From assembly GCA_049287045.1 (NCBI GenBank), contig JBAQFC010000008.1, positions 22,198-86,197 on the forward strand: a stretch of 64,000 nt of DNA, given 5' to 3'. The position numbers were made by a program, and so were the translations under genes. The notes below the pieces were generated by a model, which was not told the DNA's origin, ran no database searches, and saw nothing but the letters and a program-made list of their open reading frames with translations. This stretch comes from Minisyncoccia bacterium (GTDB lineage: Bacteria > Patescibacteriota > Minisyncoccia > Phycocordibacterales > UBA9973). This document shows positions 42,239-51,015 of the stretch, piece after piece. Position 1 is the stretch's first letter. Every line of letters starts with the position of its first letter.

Positions 42239-44866
42239 TTATATCCATTCATATTTTTTAATAAACCACATCTTTAGTAATTGAGTTAATATAAAGTAAA
42301 GAATAAGCCCAATAACTAAAAATATAAAATATGACACTGGTAGTGCAACGAGTTTAAAGGCTTCAGCAAATGGTGAAAATGGAAGGAAAATACCAAATGC
42401 AATTACAGACAAAGTAGAAACAATAAGAGGCCAGCTAGCCATACTCTGGAAAAATGGAATCTTACTTGTTCTAATAATATGTACAATCAAAGTCTGAGTA
42501 AGTAATGATTCAACAAACCAACCAGTCTGGAAAAGAGCAGGATTACCCCAAGCGTGAAAAACATAAAGCATTACAAAAAAAGTAGCATAATCAAACAAAG
42601 AACTTATCGGACCAAAAAACAAAATAAATCTTTTGATATTTTTGAAGTCCCATTTTTTAGGTTTCAACAAACGTTCCTCGTCCACATTATCTGTTGGAAT
42701 AGTCATTTGTGAAAAATCATACAAAATATTATTAGTTAAAATCTGAATAGGCAACATTGGCAAGAAAGGTAAAAATATACTACCTCCGACTACACTGAAC
42801 ATATTTCCAAAGTTTGAACTCGCGGCCATCTTGATATATTTGATTATATTATCAAAAATTCTTCTTCCCTCTTTAATCCCTTCTTTAAGAACAAGCAAAC
42901 TTTTTTCCAATAAGATCATATCTGAAGACTCTTTCGCTATATCGGCTGCTGTGTCGACAGATATCCCTATATCAGCAGAAATTAAAGAAAGAGAATCGTT
43001 GATACCATCTCCAAGAAAACCAACTACATGATTATTATTACGTAAAGTTTTTATTATTCTCTCTTTATCATATGGAGAAAGTTTGGCATAAACTGAAACT
43101 AGTTCAACTTCCTTGGCTAACTCCTCATCAGAAAATTTTTCAATGTCTTTACCTAAAAGTATTCTGTCTATCTGCATACCTACCTCTTCACATATTTTTC
43201 TTGTAACTATTTCATTGTCACCTGTTAAAATTTTTACACTCACACCTAGCTCTTTTAAATCTTCTATCGTTTCAGCAGCACTTTGTTTGGGTGGATCAAA
43301 AAAGGCAAGAAATCCAACAAAAATAAGATCATTTTCATGATCACTGGTAAAAATCTTTTTATCTTTATCAACCTCTTTGTATGCAATAGCGATAACACGA
43401 AAACCATCTTTGTTTAATTCCTTTTCAATTTGTATTTTTTTATCTTCGCTGAAACTACTTAAAGAAACTACTTTATTGTCAACCAACACACCACTGCAAG
43501 AATCTAAAATCTCTTCTACTGCTCCCTTGCAAACAAATAAATTTTTATCTTTATTATTTGATACTATCACCGACATTTTCCTTCTATTGTAATCAAAAGG
43601 AATTTCATCTACCTTTTGATAGTTTACTATTTCTAGTTTTTCCTTGGCTTCTTCATGTTTTAAAATAGCGTCATCAATAATATCGTTTAAACCTGTCTGA
43701 AAATAACTATTTATAAATGCACAATGTAACGCCTCAACACTTTCTTTACCATTAATATCTAAATGTTTTTCTAAGACAATTTTTCCTTCTGTTATTGTTC
43801 CCGTCTTGTCTGTACATAAAACATCCATTACTCCTAGATTCTCGATAGCATCCAGATGTTTTACAATAACTTTATTTTTGGACAAAACTAAAGCTCCCTT
43901 TGATAAATTTACAGCCACAATCGTCGGAATCATTTCTGGCGCAATACCAACAGCGACGGCAATAGCAAACAAAAAAGCTTCAAACCAATCCCCTTTAAAA
44001 AAACCATTTAACAAAAAAACAGCTGGCACCATGACTACCATAAATTTTAAGATCAAAACAACAAATCGCTTCAACTCTTTATTAAAATCAGAAACATGGT
44101 TATTTTTATTTATATCATGCGAGATATTACCTAAATAAGTTTTTCTTCCTGTACTCAAAACCAGAGCTGTAGCCACACCGCTTTCAACACTCGTACCCAA
44201 AAAACACAGATTACTAACTTCTAATACAGTTTTATCTTTTAAATCAACATCAGTAACATGTTTTTCTACTGGCATTGATTCACCAGTCAATGTCGCCTGA
44301 TTTATGAATAAATCTTTTGAAGAAATTAACCTAACATCTCCCGGAATAATCGTACCGGAATACAAAAAAACTATATCACCAGGGACAATTTCTCTTAATA
44401 AAATTTGAGATTTAATTCCACCTCTTATTACGGTAGATTTTGTATGAATTATTGATTTTAATTTATCAGCAGCTATTTCAGCTTTTGTTTCTTGATAAAA
44501 ATTCAAAACAATACTCATTAAAACCATTATCGTAATAATGGTAGCAGCTTTAGTATCACCAACAAATAAAGAAACTATAGCAAGGATAGCCAAAAGTAAA
44601 TTTAAAGGATCTTTTAAGATTTTAAATAATCTAAATAAATGATTTGTTTTTTTCTCTTCAGAGAGATCATTAAAACCAAAAATTTTAATTCTTTTTTGAG
44701 CTTCTTCTCGGTCTAAACCACTCACTCTAGATTCTAGTTTGTCTAGTGCAAAATTAGAATCATTAATAGCAAATTTTAATAAATTATCAGAAAGTTCCTT
44801 CTGCGAAGAATTATCAATTTCTTCTTCTCCTTTAATTTTTAAAAAAATATGCCTAAGCCAATTCAT
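42239..44866 (-). CDS. mgtA: Mg2+-transporting P-type ATPase (MgtA-like)
   Basis: DKTGTIT, TGDN, GDGINDS; MgtA-like N- and C-termini (NPALFQTGWFVESLLTQTLIVHIIRT). Confidence 0.75.
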   Translation of the reverse strand: MNWLRHIFLKIKGEEEIDNSSQKELSDNLLKFAINDSNFALDKLESRVSGLDREEAQKRIKIFGFNDLSEEKKTNHLFRLFKILKDPLNLLLAILAIVSLFVGDTKAATIITIMVLMSIVLNFYQETKAEIAADKLKSIIHTKSTVIRGGIKSQILLREIVPGDIVFLYSGTIIPGDVRLISSKDLFINQATLTGESMPVEKHVTDVDLKDKTVLEVSNLCFLGTSVESGVATALVLSTGRKTYLGNISHDINKNNHVSDFNKELKRFVVLILKFMVVMVPAVFLLNGFFKGDWFEAFLFAIAVAVGIAPEMIPTIVAVNLSKGALVLSKNKVIVKHLDAIENLGVMDVLCTDKTGTITEGKIVLEKHLDINGKESVEALHCAFINSYFQTGLNDIIDDAILKHEEAKEKLEIVNYQKVDEIPFDYNRRKMSVIVSNNKDKNLFVCKGAVEEILDSCSGVLVDNKVVSLSSFSEDKKIQIEKELNKDGFRVIAIAYKEVDKDKKIFTSDHENDLIFVGFLAFFDPPKQSAAETIEDLKELGVSVKILTGDNEIVTRKICEEVGMQIDRILLGKDIEKFSDEELAKEVELVSVYAKLSPYDKERIIKTLRNNNHVVGFLGDGINDSLSLISADIGISVDTAADIAKESSDMILLEKSLLVLKEGIKEGRRIFDNIIKYIKMAASSNFGNMFSVVGGSIFLPFLPMLPIQILTNNILYDFSQMTIPTDNVDEERLLKPKKWDFKNIKRFILFFGPISSLFDYATFFVMLYVFHAWGNPALFQTGWFVESLLTQTLIVHIIRTSKIPFFQSMASWPLIVSTLSVIAFGIFLPFSPFAEAFKLVALPVSYFIFLVIGLILYFILTQLLKMWFIKKYEWI

Positions 44867-44972
44867 GTTTATATTATATGTTATATATATAAATTCGCCA
44901 TCTTTAGATATAAAAATATGACCTATTACATTAACGATAGTAAAATTACTTACAAAGTCCTATAATACAGAA

Positions 44973-46874
44973 ATGTTTAAACATCTTCCACATAAACATC
45001 TCAAAAAGAAACACCACAAAAAAGGTGTGGACGAGACACAAACGGAGAAGCCGAAAGAACCAGTTCCTCCTTTTGTTGCTTTTGGGCTCTCGTTTTTTGG
45101 CTTATTATTTTTATTATTACCATTACTCATAGGAATATGGGTATTCATAGCTTTTGAAACAAAATATAACGACCGATTTTATCCAGGTGTTTTTATTGGT
45201 AGTGAATCTATTGGTGGTCAGACCTATGATGAAGCACTCGGTCATTTTAAAGAAAAAGCAGAAGAACTACAAAGGAATGGGCTGAATGCAAGCTTTGAAA
45301 CTTCCAAAGGAATTCAAAAAATAAATATACCAATATCCACAACAGGATTAACTTCAGATAATTCTGTGGAATACTTTACACTCGATGAATGGGAAAATGA
45401 TTTAAAAGAAGCTTACGCTTGGGGTCATGAAAAAAATATATTACACAGACTAAAAGAACAATTTTCTCTCTTATTTGTAAGAAAAAATTTCAAGTTTTCT
45501 ATTTCTATTCAAAAAGAAGCCGTGAACTCATTACTTGAAAATGATCTTTCTGGTTTTTTGAAGAAAAATATACCTGCTAGATTTTTATCCACTGAAAATG
45601 AAATTTCTATTTCTAAAGAAGAGACAGGAGAAATTATAAACAAAGAAGAAATTCTAAATATTTTAGAGAAAAAATTAATTCAATTTGATACGTCTCCTAC
45701 CGTTTTCAAAACAGAAACAGACATCCCCACAGTAAAACAAGATGACCTAAAACCATTTTTGATTTTTGCTGAAAACTTTTCACAAAAAACAAATTTTGTA
45801 TTTCAATATAAAGGACACAAATGGAAAATAGCAGGACCAAAGCTTGTAACATGGCTGACAATAAATAAAGAAGGCAAAATCGATATTGACAACACAAAAC
45901 TAAACGATTATTTTAGTACAACAGTTACTAAATTTATTAATAACCCACCTCAAAATAGCCGTTTTGAAATTCAAAATGGAAAACTGATTGAAATAGCTCC
46001 AGGTAAACCTGGCAACATCATAGATATAGAAAACATTGTACAAAAAATTGAAAAAATAATTCATGAATCAGAAATGAATTTAGATACCCTAAATAATATC
46101 CAATATTTACCTATTGAAACTATTAATGTTGAACCCAACATAACAAAAGAAACAATATCAAAATATCAAATAAGGGATTTAGTTGGGGAAATACGTACAA
46201 GTTTTAATGGGAGTAGTAAAGATCGAGAACATAATATAAAAATAGGAGTCGCTGCTATCAATGGAATATTAATAGCCCCAGGCGCAGAATTTTCTACTGT
46301 ATCTTCTATTGGTCCCGTTACAGGAAAAGAAGGTTATGTAAAAGAAACGGTAATCAAAGAAAATAAAACCACCAAAGAATTTGGAGGAGGTTTATGCCAA
46401 GTTGCTACTACCCTTTTTCGTTTAGCTCTTAACGCTGGATTATCTATTACAGAAAGAATGAATCACCGTTTTGTTATTGGTTATTATAATCCACCAGGAC
46501 TCGATGCAACAATCTACGGCCCTCATCCAGATCTTCGTTTTGTAAATGACACAGGTGGTTTTCTGCTCTTACAAGCAAGAGTAGAAAATAAACAAGTTAT
46601 AATGGAACTTTACGGACAAAAAGATGGCCGCTCTGTAGAGATATCAAAACCATATATACATGACAAAATTCCTGCACCAAAAACAAAATATATACAAAGC
46701 AAAGATATTCCTGTTGGAAAAACACAATGCACAGAGACACCACACGATGGTGTGACTACTGAAGTTTTATATTCTGTAAAATACCAAGACGGTACAACTA
46801 AAAAAAGAATTTTCAAAAGTATCTACCAACCTTGGCAAAAAGTATGCCTTGTTGGTACAGCCTTAACGCGCTAA
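44973..46874 (+). CDS. VanW family protein
   Basis: N-terminal TM; VanW core GGGLCQVATTLFRLALNAGL...YNPPGLDATI. Confidence 0.7.
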   Translation: MFKHLPHKHLKKKHHKKGVDETQTEKPKEPVPPFVAFGLSFFGLLFLLLPLLIGIWVFIAFETKYNDRFYPGVFIGSESIGGQTYDEALGHFKEKAEELQRNGLNASFETSKGIQKINIPISTTGLTSDNSVEYFTLDEWENDLKEAYAWGHEKNILHRLKEQFSLLFVRKNFKFSISIQKEAVNSLLENDLSGFLKKNIPARFLSTENEISISKEETGEIINKEEILNILEKKLIQFDTSPTVFKTETDIPTVKQDDLKPFLIFAENFSQKTNFVFQYKGHKWKIAGPKLVTWLTINKEGKIDIDNTKLNDYFSTTVTKFINNPPQNSRFEIQNGKLIEIAPGKPGNIIDIENIVQKIEKIIHESEMNLDTLNNIQYLPIETINVEPNITKETISKYQIRDLVGEIRTSFNGSSKDREHNIKIGVAAINGILIAPGAEFSTVSSIGPVTGKEGYVKETVIKENKTTKEFGGGLCQVATTLFRLALNAGLSITERMNHRFVIGYYNPPGLDATIYGPHPDLRFVNDTGGFLLLQARVENKQVIMELYGQKDGRSVEISKPYIHDKIPAPKTKYIQSKDIPVGKTQCTETPHDGVTTEVLYSVKYQDGTTKKRIFKSIYQPWQKVCLVGTALTR

Positions 46875-47420
46875 TGCTACTTGTATTTTTGTTTCAGGAG
46901 GTCTTACAACAATAAGTCTTTTCTTCCAACCCTTCATAAAATCTGTAACTGATACTTTTCTGATACCATCGTGTTTTCCTGGATCGTTGTAATAAATAAA
47001 ATCTTCGTCAAAACCAGTTACGACAACGAGGTGACCATAAGGACTTTTTGGATTAAAACCACGATGAATTGATGCCACAGCAGGACCCTCTTTTATAATA
47101 TCTTGAAACTCAATAAAGGCACTCTTTTTGTCTAGTTTTGAAAAATCAAAGGTTCTACCGACTAGGCCGTGTTTTACAGCCAAGGCTGCAAGCCCGTCAT
47201 GTTTCCACCCTACGTTCTTTTGGTAAGCACCTCCAGCAATACCTTCCTCAAGAACCTTTTGAACTGAGGTTGTGTTGGGTTTATAGTATTCAATTATCAT
47301 TGCAAGGTCTGCTACTCCGCAACCTTTTTGCTTCCATGCAACAGATGAAATATCACTTATTTGGGAATATAAGGGTACGTTATAAGGCATTGTAGGCGGT
47401 ATCGTTACTGGTATTATCAT
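46863..47420 (-). CDS. papain-like cysteine peptidase (C39-like domain)
   Basis: YSQ...GCGVADLAM (Cys) and GHLVVVTGFDEDFIYYNDP (His region) are typical of Peptidase_C39_2. Confidence 0.55.
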   Translation of the reverse strand: MIIPVTIPPTMPYNVPLYSQISDISSVAWKQKGCGVADLAMIIEYYKPNTTSVQKVLEEGIAGGAYQKNVGWKHDGLAALAVKHGLVGRTFDFSKLDKKSAFIEFQDIIKEGPAVASIHRGFNPKSPYGHLVVVTGFDEDFIYYNDPGKHDGIRKVSVTDFMKGWKKRLIVVRPPETKIQVALAR

Positions 47421-47457
47421 ACTACAATTCTAACATAAATTGACCCAAAGTCAATAT

Positions 47458-47826
47458 TTATAGAGTTTTATTATTCTGTTCTCTGTAGGAGTATATAATT
47501 AAAAAAACAGCGGTTGCCAAGATAGATACATCTCGAAAAATAAGATCTAACAGTTTGTAATTAAAAATCAAGATACCAACAAGCATGAACGCAGCAATTA
47601 TACTTGGAATTAAAATTTTTCTACCAATAACAAGCCATAAACCAACCGTGATTTGCAAAATTGCCCAGCCTGTAATTAGAAATCCTTGAGGTAATAAATT
47701 CGTCATAAAAGGAGGAAAAAATCCAAGCCAAAAAGAAGGATTAATCAAACTAGCAATAGCTGCATAAATAAAAGGAAAAGCTAAACCAATCCTAGCTATT
47801 AAAATTTCTATTTTATTAGTATTCAT
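47458..47826 (-). CDS. DoxX-like small membrane protein
   Basis: Four TM helices, 122 aa. Confidence 0.35.
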   Translation of the reverse strand: MNTNKIEILIARIGLAFPFIYAAIASLINPSFWLGFFPPFMTNLLPQGFLITGWAILQITVGLWLVIGRKILIPSIIAAFMLVGILIFNYKLLDLIFRDVSILATAVFLIIYSYREQNNKTL

Positions 47827-47863
47827 ATCCCCTAATTATACCAAGCCATAATTTATTTTCAAA

Positions 47864-47912
47864 ATAAAAAATCCCCAACAAAGAGTTAAGGATTTTTATG
47901 TTGTGCGTTGTA
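47864..47912. repeat. ~45-nt partial duplicate of the tRNA-Tyr 3' end plus its terminator hairpin
   Basis: ataaaaaatccccaacaaagagttaaggatttttatgttgtgcgtt aligns with ataaaaaaatcccttaacaaagttaagggattttttattgtgcgtc at 49551-49597. Confidence 0.4.
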
Positions 47913-47939
47913 ATAGAGGATGTTAGGCATTATATATTT

Positions 47940-49307
47940 TTATTTAATACAAGACCTCACCCCTTCTTTTTTGATGATATCCCTAACACTAACCTGTTTG
48001 TAAACTGATTCCATCGCCATACGTTGGGTATTTCCATCTTGGTAACTTGTCTCTTTTTGTAAAATATCAAACTTTGTATCATATTCAGCCTGTGGAAGTA
48101 GCCCCATAAAATATATGGTAAAAGGGTGATCTTTTATTAGGTTAGATGCATTATCCTCGTCATATATGTAGGCAACTGAATTATTAGAGCTTTTTTTCCA
48201 TGCTATACCACCAAGAGTATCTTTGGTGCCCGCAGGAGAGGTCAACAACATAGAATAGTGAGCTCCTGAATTTTTTACAGGAAGATCTAACCCCGTTGGG
48301 TCACTGGTATCAAGGGAATCTCCCACAAAAACTCCCCACTGGTGTGCAGTTTCATGTAGTAATGTTAGCATCCCGCAATTATTTCCTATTGTTAATAGAC
48401 CTAAATTGTTCTTTTCCTGAAGATAACAATTTTTAGTAGAATCGACATCAAGTAAATCATCTAAATAATTTATACCCTCTAATTTCCTGTTGCTTCCATA
48501 AGTTGAAGAATTATTGGAGTACGAACTAGAAAGTCCTATACCACCAATATTGTTTATTGTATTAAAATGATAATTACTTCCGGTCGTATTTGTTGTATTT
48601 GTAAAAATTGAAATAAAATCATAATTATCACCGTGTGTTTCATAAAATTTTTTTGTTATTAATGCTATATTGAAATTTTCAGGAGTTATTCCAAGGATTT
48701 TTCCATCCATAAAAACTGCGTCATCAGGTATAGACATTATGGCAAGTCCTCCAGTTGCAAAACCAAAAGACCAAGGAAAACGATTTTTCACATATGCAAG
48801 TTCATCTGTGTATCTCTGTTTTTGCGAAAGAAAAGTCGGATCATTAATGTCTCTAGCAACAAAAATCAACGCCATTGTGAAACTTTTTTGATTACAATCA
48901 TATAAGGAAGTGGGCGTATTATCAGGAATAGTAGAAAGTGTGGGTGTGTAAATAGTTACAGAGTTAGGAGTAGAGATATTTGTATTAGTAGGGTTAGGTG
49001 TAAGTGAGAAATTCATCATTGCTTTAGTATTTTTACCAATAAAACCATCAGCTTTTAACCCATGGTCATTTTGCCATTTTTTTATAACAATAATTGTTTT
49101 TGGACCCAATTTACCATCAACTATTAACCCTAGATTTAGAGTTGTATTTAAAAATCTTTGAAGCTCCATAACTGCTTCACCTCTACTCCCATTTCTAAGA
49201 GTTGTGGCACCAAAATTGTAGATTGTTGTTGCCTTAATTGTAAATGGAATGATTAAGAAACCAAAAAATAAAAATATTAGAACAACTTTATATTTTTTCA
49301 TTTTCAT
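47940..49307 (-). CDS. secreted zinc metallopeptidase-like protein with peptidoglycan-binding domain
   Basis: Signal peptide, PG_binding_1-like segment (LRNGSRGEAVMELQRFLN...ADGFIGKNT), and HETAHQWG (HExxH) near the C-terminus. Confidence 0.5.
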   Translation of the reverse strand: MKMKKYKVVLIFLFFGFLIIPFTIKATTIYNFGATTLRNGSRGEAVMELQRFLNTTLNLGLIVDGKLGPKTIIVIKKWQNDHGLKADGFIGKNTKAMMNFSLTPNPTNTNISTPNSVTIYTPTLSTIPDNTPTSLYDCNQKSFTMALIFVARDINDPTFLSQKQRYTDELAYVKNRFPWSFGFATGGLAIMSIPDDAVFMDGKILGITPENFNIALITKKFYETHGDNYDFISIFTNTTNTTGSNYHFNTINNIGGIGLSSSYSNNSSTYGSNRKLEGINYLDDLLDVDSTKNCYLQEKNNLGLLTIGNNCGMLTLLHETAHQWGVFVGDSLDTSDPTGLDLPVKNSGAHYSMLLTSPAGTKDTLGGIAWKKSSNNSVAYIYDEDNASNLIKDHPFTIYFMGLLPQAEYDTKFDILQKETSYQDGNTQRMAMESVYKQVSVRDIIKKEGVRSCIK

Positions 49308-49369
49308 ATTATACCAGTTTCAATCCAATAACAGCTAGCAAAAATAATCTTATAAAATAAGCCTGAAAA

Positions 49370-49490
49370 AAGTGTGCGTTAGGAAGGAGTTTCTCTCCTT
49401 ACAGGAGCAGTAGGCCTTTTCTAATTCTTCGGGAAGGAGTTTCTCGGCTTACAGCCGCAGTATACCTTTTGCATCCCGCAATGCGGGATA
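49370..49490. repeat. two tandem ~53-nt tRNA-Tyr-derived degenerate repeats plus a 17-nt palindrome
   Basis: Unit 1 (49372-49420) begins gtgtgcgttaggaaggag, cf. the tRNA 3' end gtgcgtcgggaaggat. Both units carry a hairpin with loop TTACA (anticodon-loop-like TGTAA on the minus strand) whose stems differ compensatorily (ctcc/ggag vs cggc/gccg). Palindrome atcccgcaatgcgggat at 49472-49488. Confidence 0.45.
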
Positions 49491-49558
49491 AGCAAAAGCT
49501 TTTCGAATCCTTCATAAGAGCAAATAAATTTGCTCTTACTCGACGACACATATAAAAA

Positions 49559-49581
49559 AATCCCTTAACAAAGTTAAGGGA
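49559..49581. terminator. terminator hairpin downstream of tRNA-Tyr
   Basis: atcccttaac-aaa-gttaagggat flanked by A/T runs. Confidence 0.55.
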
Positions 49582-49591
49582 TTTTTTATTG

Positions 49592-49674
49592 TGCGTCGGG
49601 AAGGATTCGAACCTTCGAAGCCCGAGGGCGAGAGATTTACAGTCTCTTGTGATAGACCACTCCACCACCGACGC
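49592..49674 (-). tRNA. tRNA-Tyr (anticodon GTA), type II with long variable arm
   Basis: Acceptor GCGTCGG/CCGACGC, anticodon stem AGAGA/TCTCT with loop CTGTAAA, variable arm GCCC-TCG-GGGC, T arm GAAGG-TTCGAAT-CCTTC. Confidence 0.8.
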
Positions 49675-49680
49675 ATATAT

Positions 49681-50058
49681 TTAAACTTTCTTTTTATACT
49701 TTTGATATTTTATATTATCAATAGTAATTTCATTTCTACAATCAACCTCTTTCCAAGGAATAGAATACATTTCTCCACGTTCTGTATAAACAAAAAGGAA
49801 ATCGAAGGAATTTAAATTATATTTCTTTGAATAATTAAAAGATTGATTACCGCCCGTGATTCTAAGACCTACTTTGCATTTGTCATCACTATAGATACCT
49901 GCAAATTTTACTTGGACACGATGCAGAATGTTATTTTTTTCTACTACAAAATCGTAATCTTTTTTGTCGCCTATAGGCAAGCAAACCTCGTAACCACAAG
50001 TTACATAATACCGTATTGCATTAGCAACTGCAAGGTCCCCTTTTTCTTTGGTTTTCAT
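49681..50058 (-). CDS. PD-(D/E)XK-fold nuclease-like small protein (Hjc/Mrr-like)
   Basis: GDLAVANAIRYY...GYEVCLPIGDKKDYDFVVEKNN...VQVK fits a D-x(n)-(D/E)xK restriction-endonuclease-like core; 125 aa; abuts tRNA-Tyr. Confidence 0.35.
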   Translation of the reverse strand: MKTKEKGDLAVANAIRYYVTCGYEVCLPIGDKKDYDFVVEKNNILHRVQVKFAGIYSDDKCKVGLRITGGNQSFNYSKKYNLNSFDFLFVYTERGEMYSIPWKEVDCRNEITIDNIKYQKYKKKV

Positions 50059-50143
50059 ACTGTCTATTATAACAGACTACTACACTGCTAACAACTTTTT
50101 TAACAAGGTTCAACCTTGTCATTAAAATAGAATCATAGTTTAT

Positions 50144-51007
50144 TTACTCAGGTTTATTAGCTTTAAATATAGCCTTGGGAGCAGTGTAAATAGTATCATT
50201 TTCTGTTTCAGAATAATTCATTAAAAGTTTTTCTTCTTCTGAAAGATTTTCTTTAATAAAAGAACGAAGTTGTTCTATTTTTTCTTCAGATATTTTTTCT
50301 AGTTGTTCATTGTCAGATTCTTCAAGGAAACCTTTTTCTTCTAAGATTCTCAATCTGTCAGCAGAAACAAATTCTTCTTTTCTATTACGTATTGAAAGAT
50401 TAGGAAAAACATTATGTTCAACATTTGAATTCTCAAAACCAGTATTATCAAGCAAAGAAATAACTTCTTCTTTTTTAGGGAAATATCGGTTTCTTACCAA
50501 AGAATCAAAACCAGCGAGTTCATCCTTTTTTTGAACTATTTTTGAAAAAAGTTGCTGTGATTTATCATCAAGAGCTAATTCCCAAATTATCATTTTTCCA
50601 CCTGGTTTAAGAATTCTATAAAATTCCTTCATCATTTGTTCTTGGCTTTCTTTATCTACTTCATGTAATCCCATTTTATTTACAATAGTATCAAAGTGAT
50701 TTTCTGGAAAAGGAGTTTTTATTGCATCTGAAATAACAAAATCAAGGTTTTGTCCTTGTAAACTTTCTTTGGCTCTTGATAATTGTAAATCACTACTATC
50801 AAGCAGGGTAATTTTTGTATCTAAATTTTTTAATTTTATTGTTTCTAGTAATCTCTTTGAGACAGCACCATAACCACAACAAGCATCTAAAATAACCTGC
50901 TCATTTTGTGGGTTAACAATTGAAACTAATTTTTCGAAATCACTTTCATCTATTGAGTGTATTTTCTCATATGAGACTATACGTTTTTGATATGAATTAT
51001 TTTCCAT
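50144..51007 (-). CDS. class I SAM-dependent methyltransferase
   Basis: Motif I ILDACCGYGAVS, motif post-I LLDSSD; small-molecule/rRNA-type MTase fold rather than a DNA MTase. Confidence 0.7.
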   Translation of the reverse strand: MENNSYQKRIVSYEKIHSIDESDFEKLVSIVNPQNEQVILDACCGYGAVSKRLLETIKLKNLDTKITLLDSSDLQLSRAKESLQGQNLDFVISDAIKTPFPENHFDTIVNKMGLHEVDKESQEQMMKEFYRILKPGGKMIIWELALDDKSQQLFSKIVQKKDELAGFDSLVRNRYFPKKEEVISLLDNTGFENSNVEHNVFPNLSIRNRKEEFVSADRLRILEEKGFLEESDNEQLEKISEEKIEQLRSFIKENLSEEEKLLMNYSETENDTIYTAPKAIFKANKPE

Positions 51008-51015
51008 ATTTACAA

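Noticed and set aside
49399-49668. 89-aa minus-strand ORF overlapping tRNA-Tyr and the tRNA-derived repeats
   Set aside because: It runs through the tRNA gene and repeat hairpins; the Arg/Cys-rich product reflects GC-rich structured DNA, not a protein.
49681-51007. Nuclease + methyltransferase as a restriction-modification pair
   Set aside because: The MTase has class I small-molecule/rRNA-type motifs and no DNA-MTase DPPY/NPPY or target-recognition domain; the two genes are separated by 85 bp with no other R-M hallmarks.
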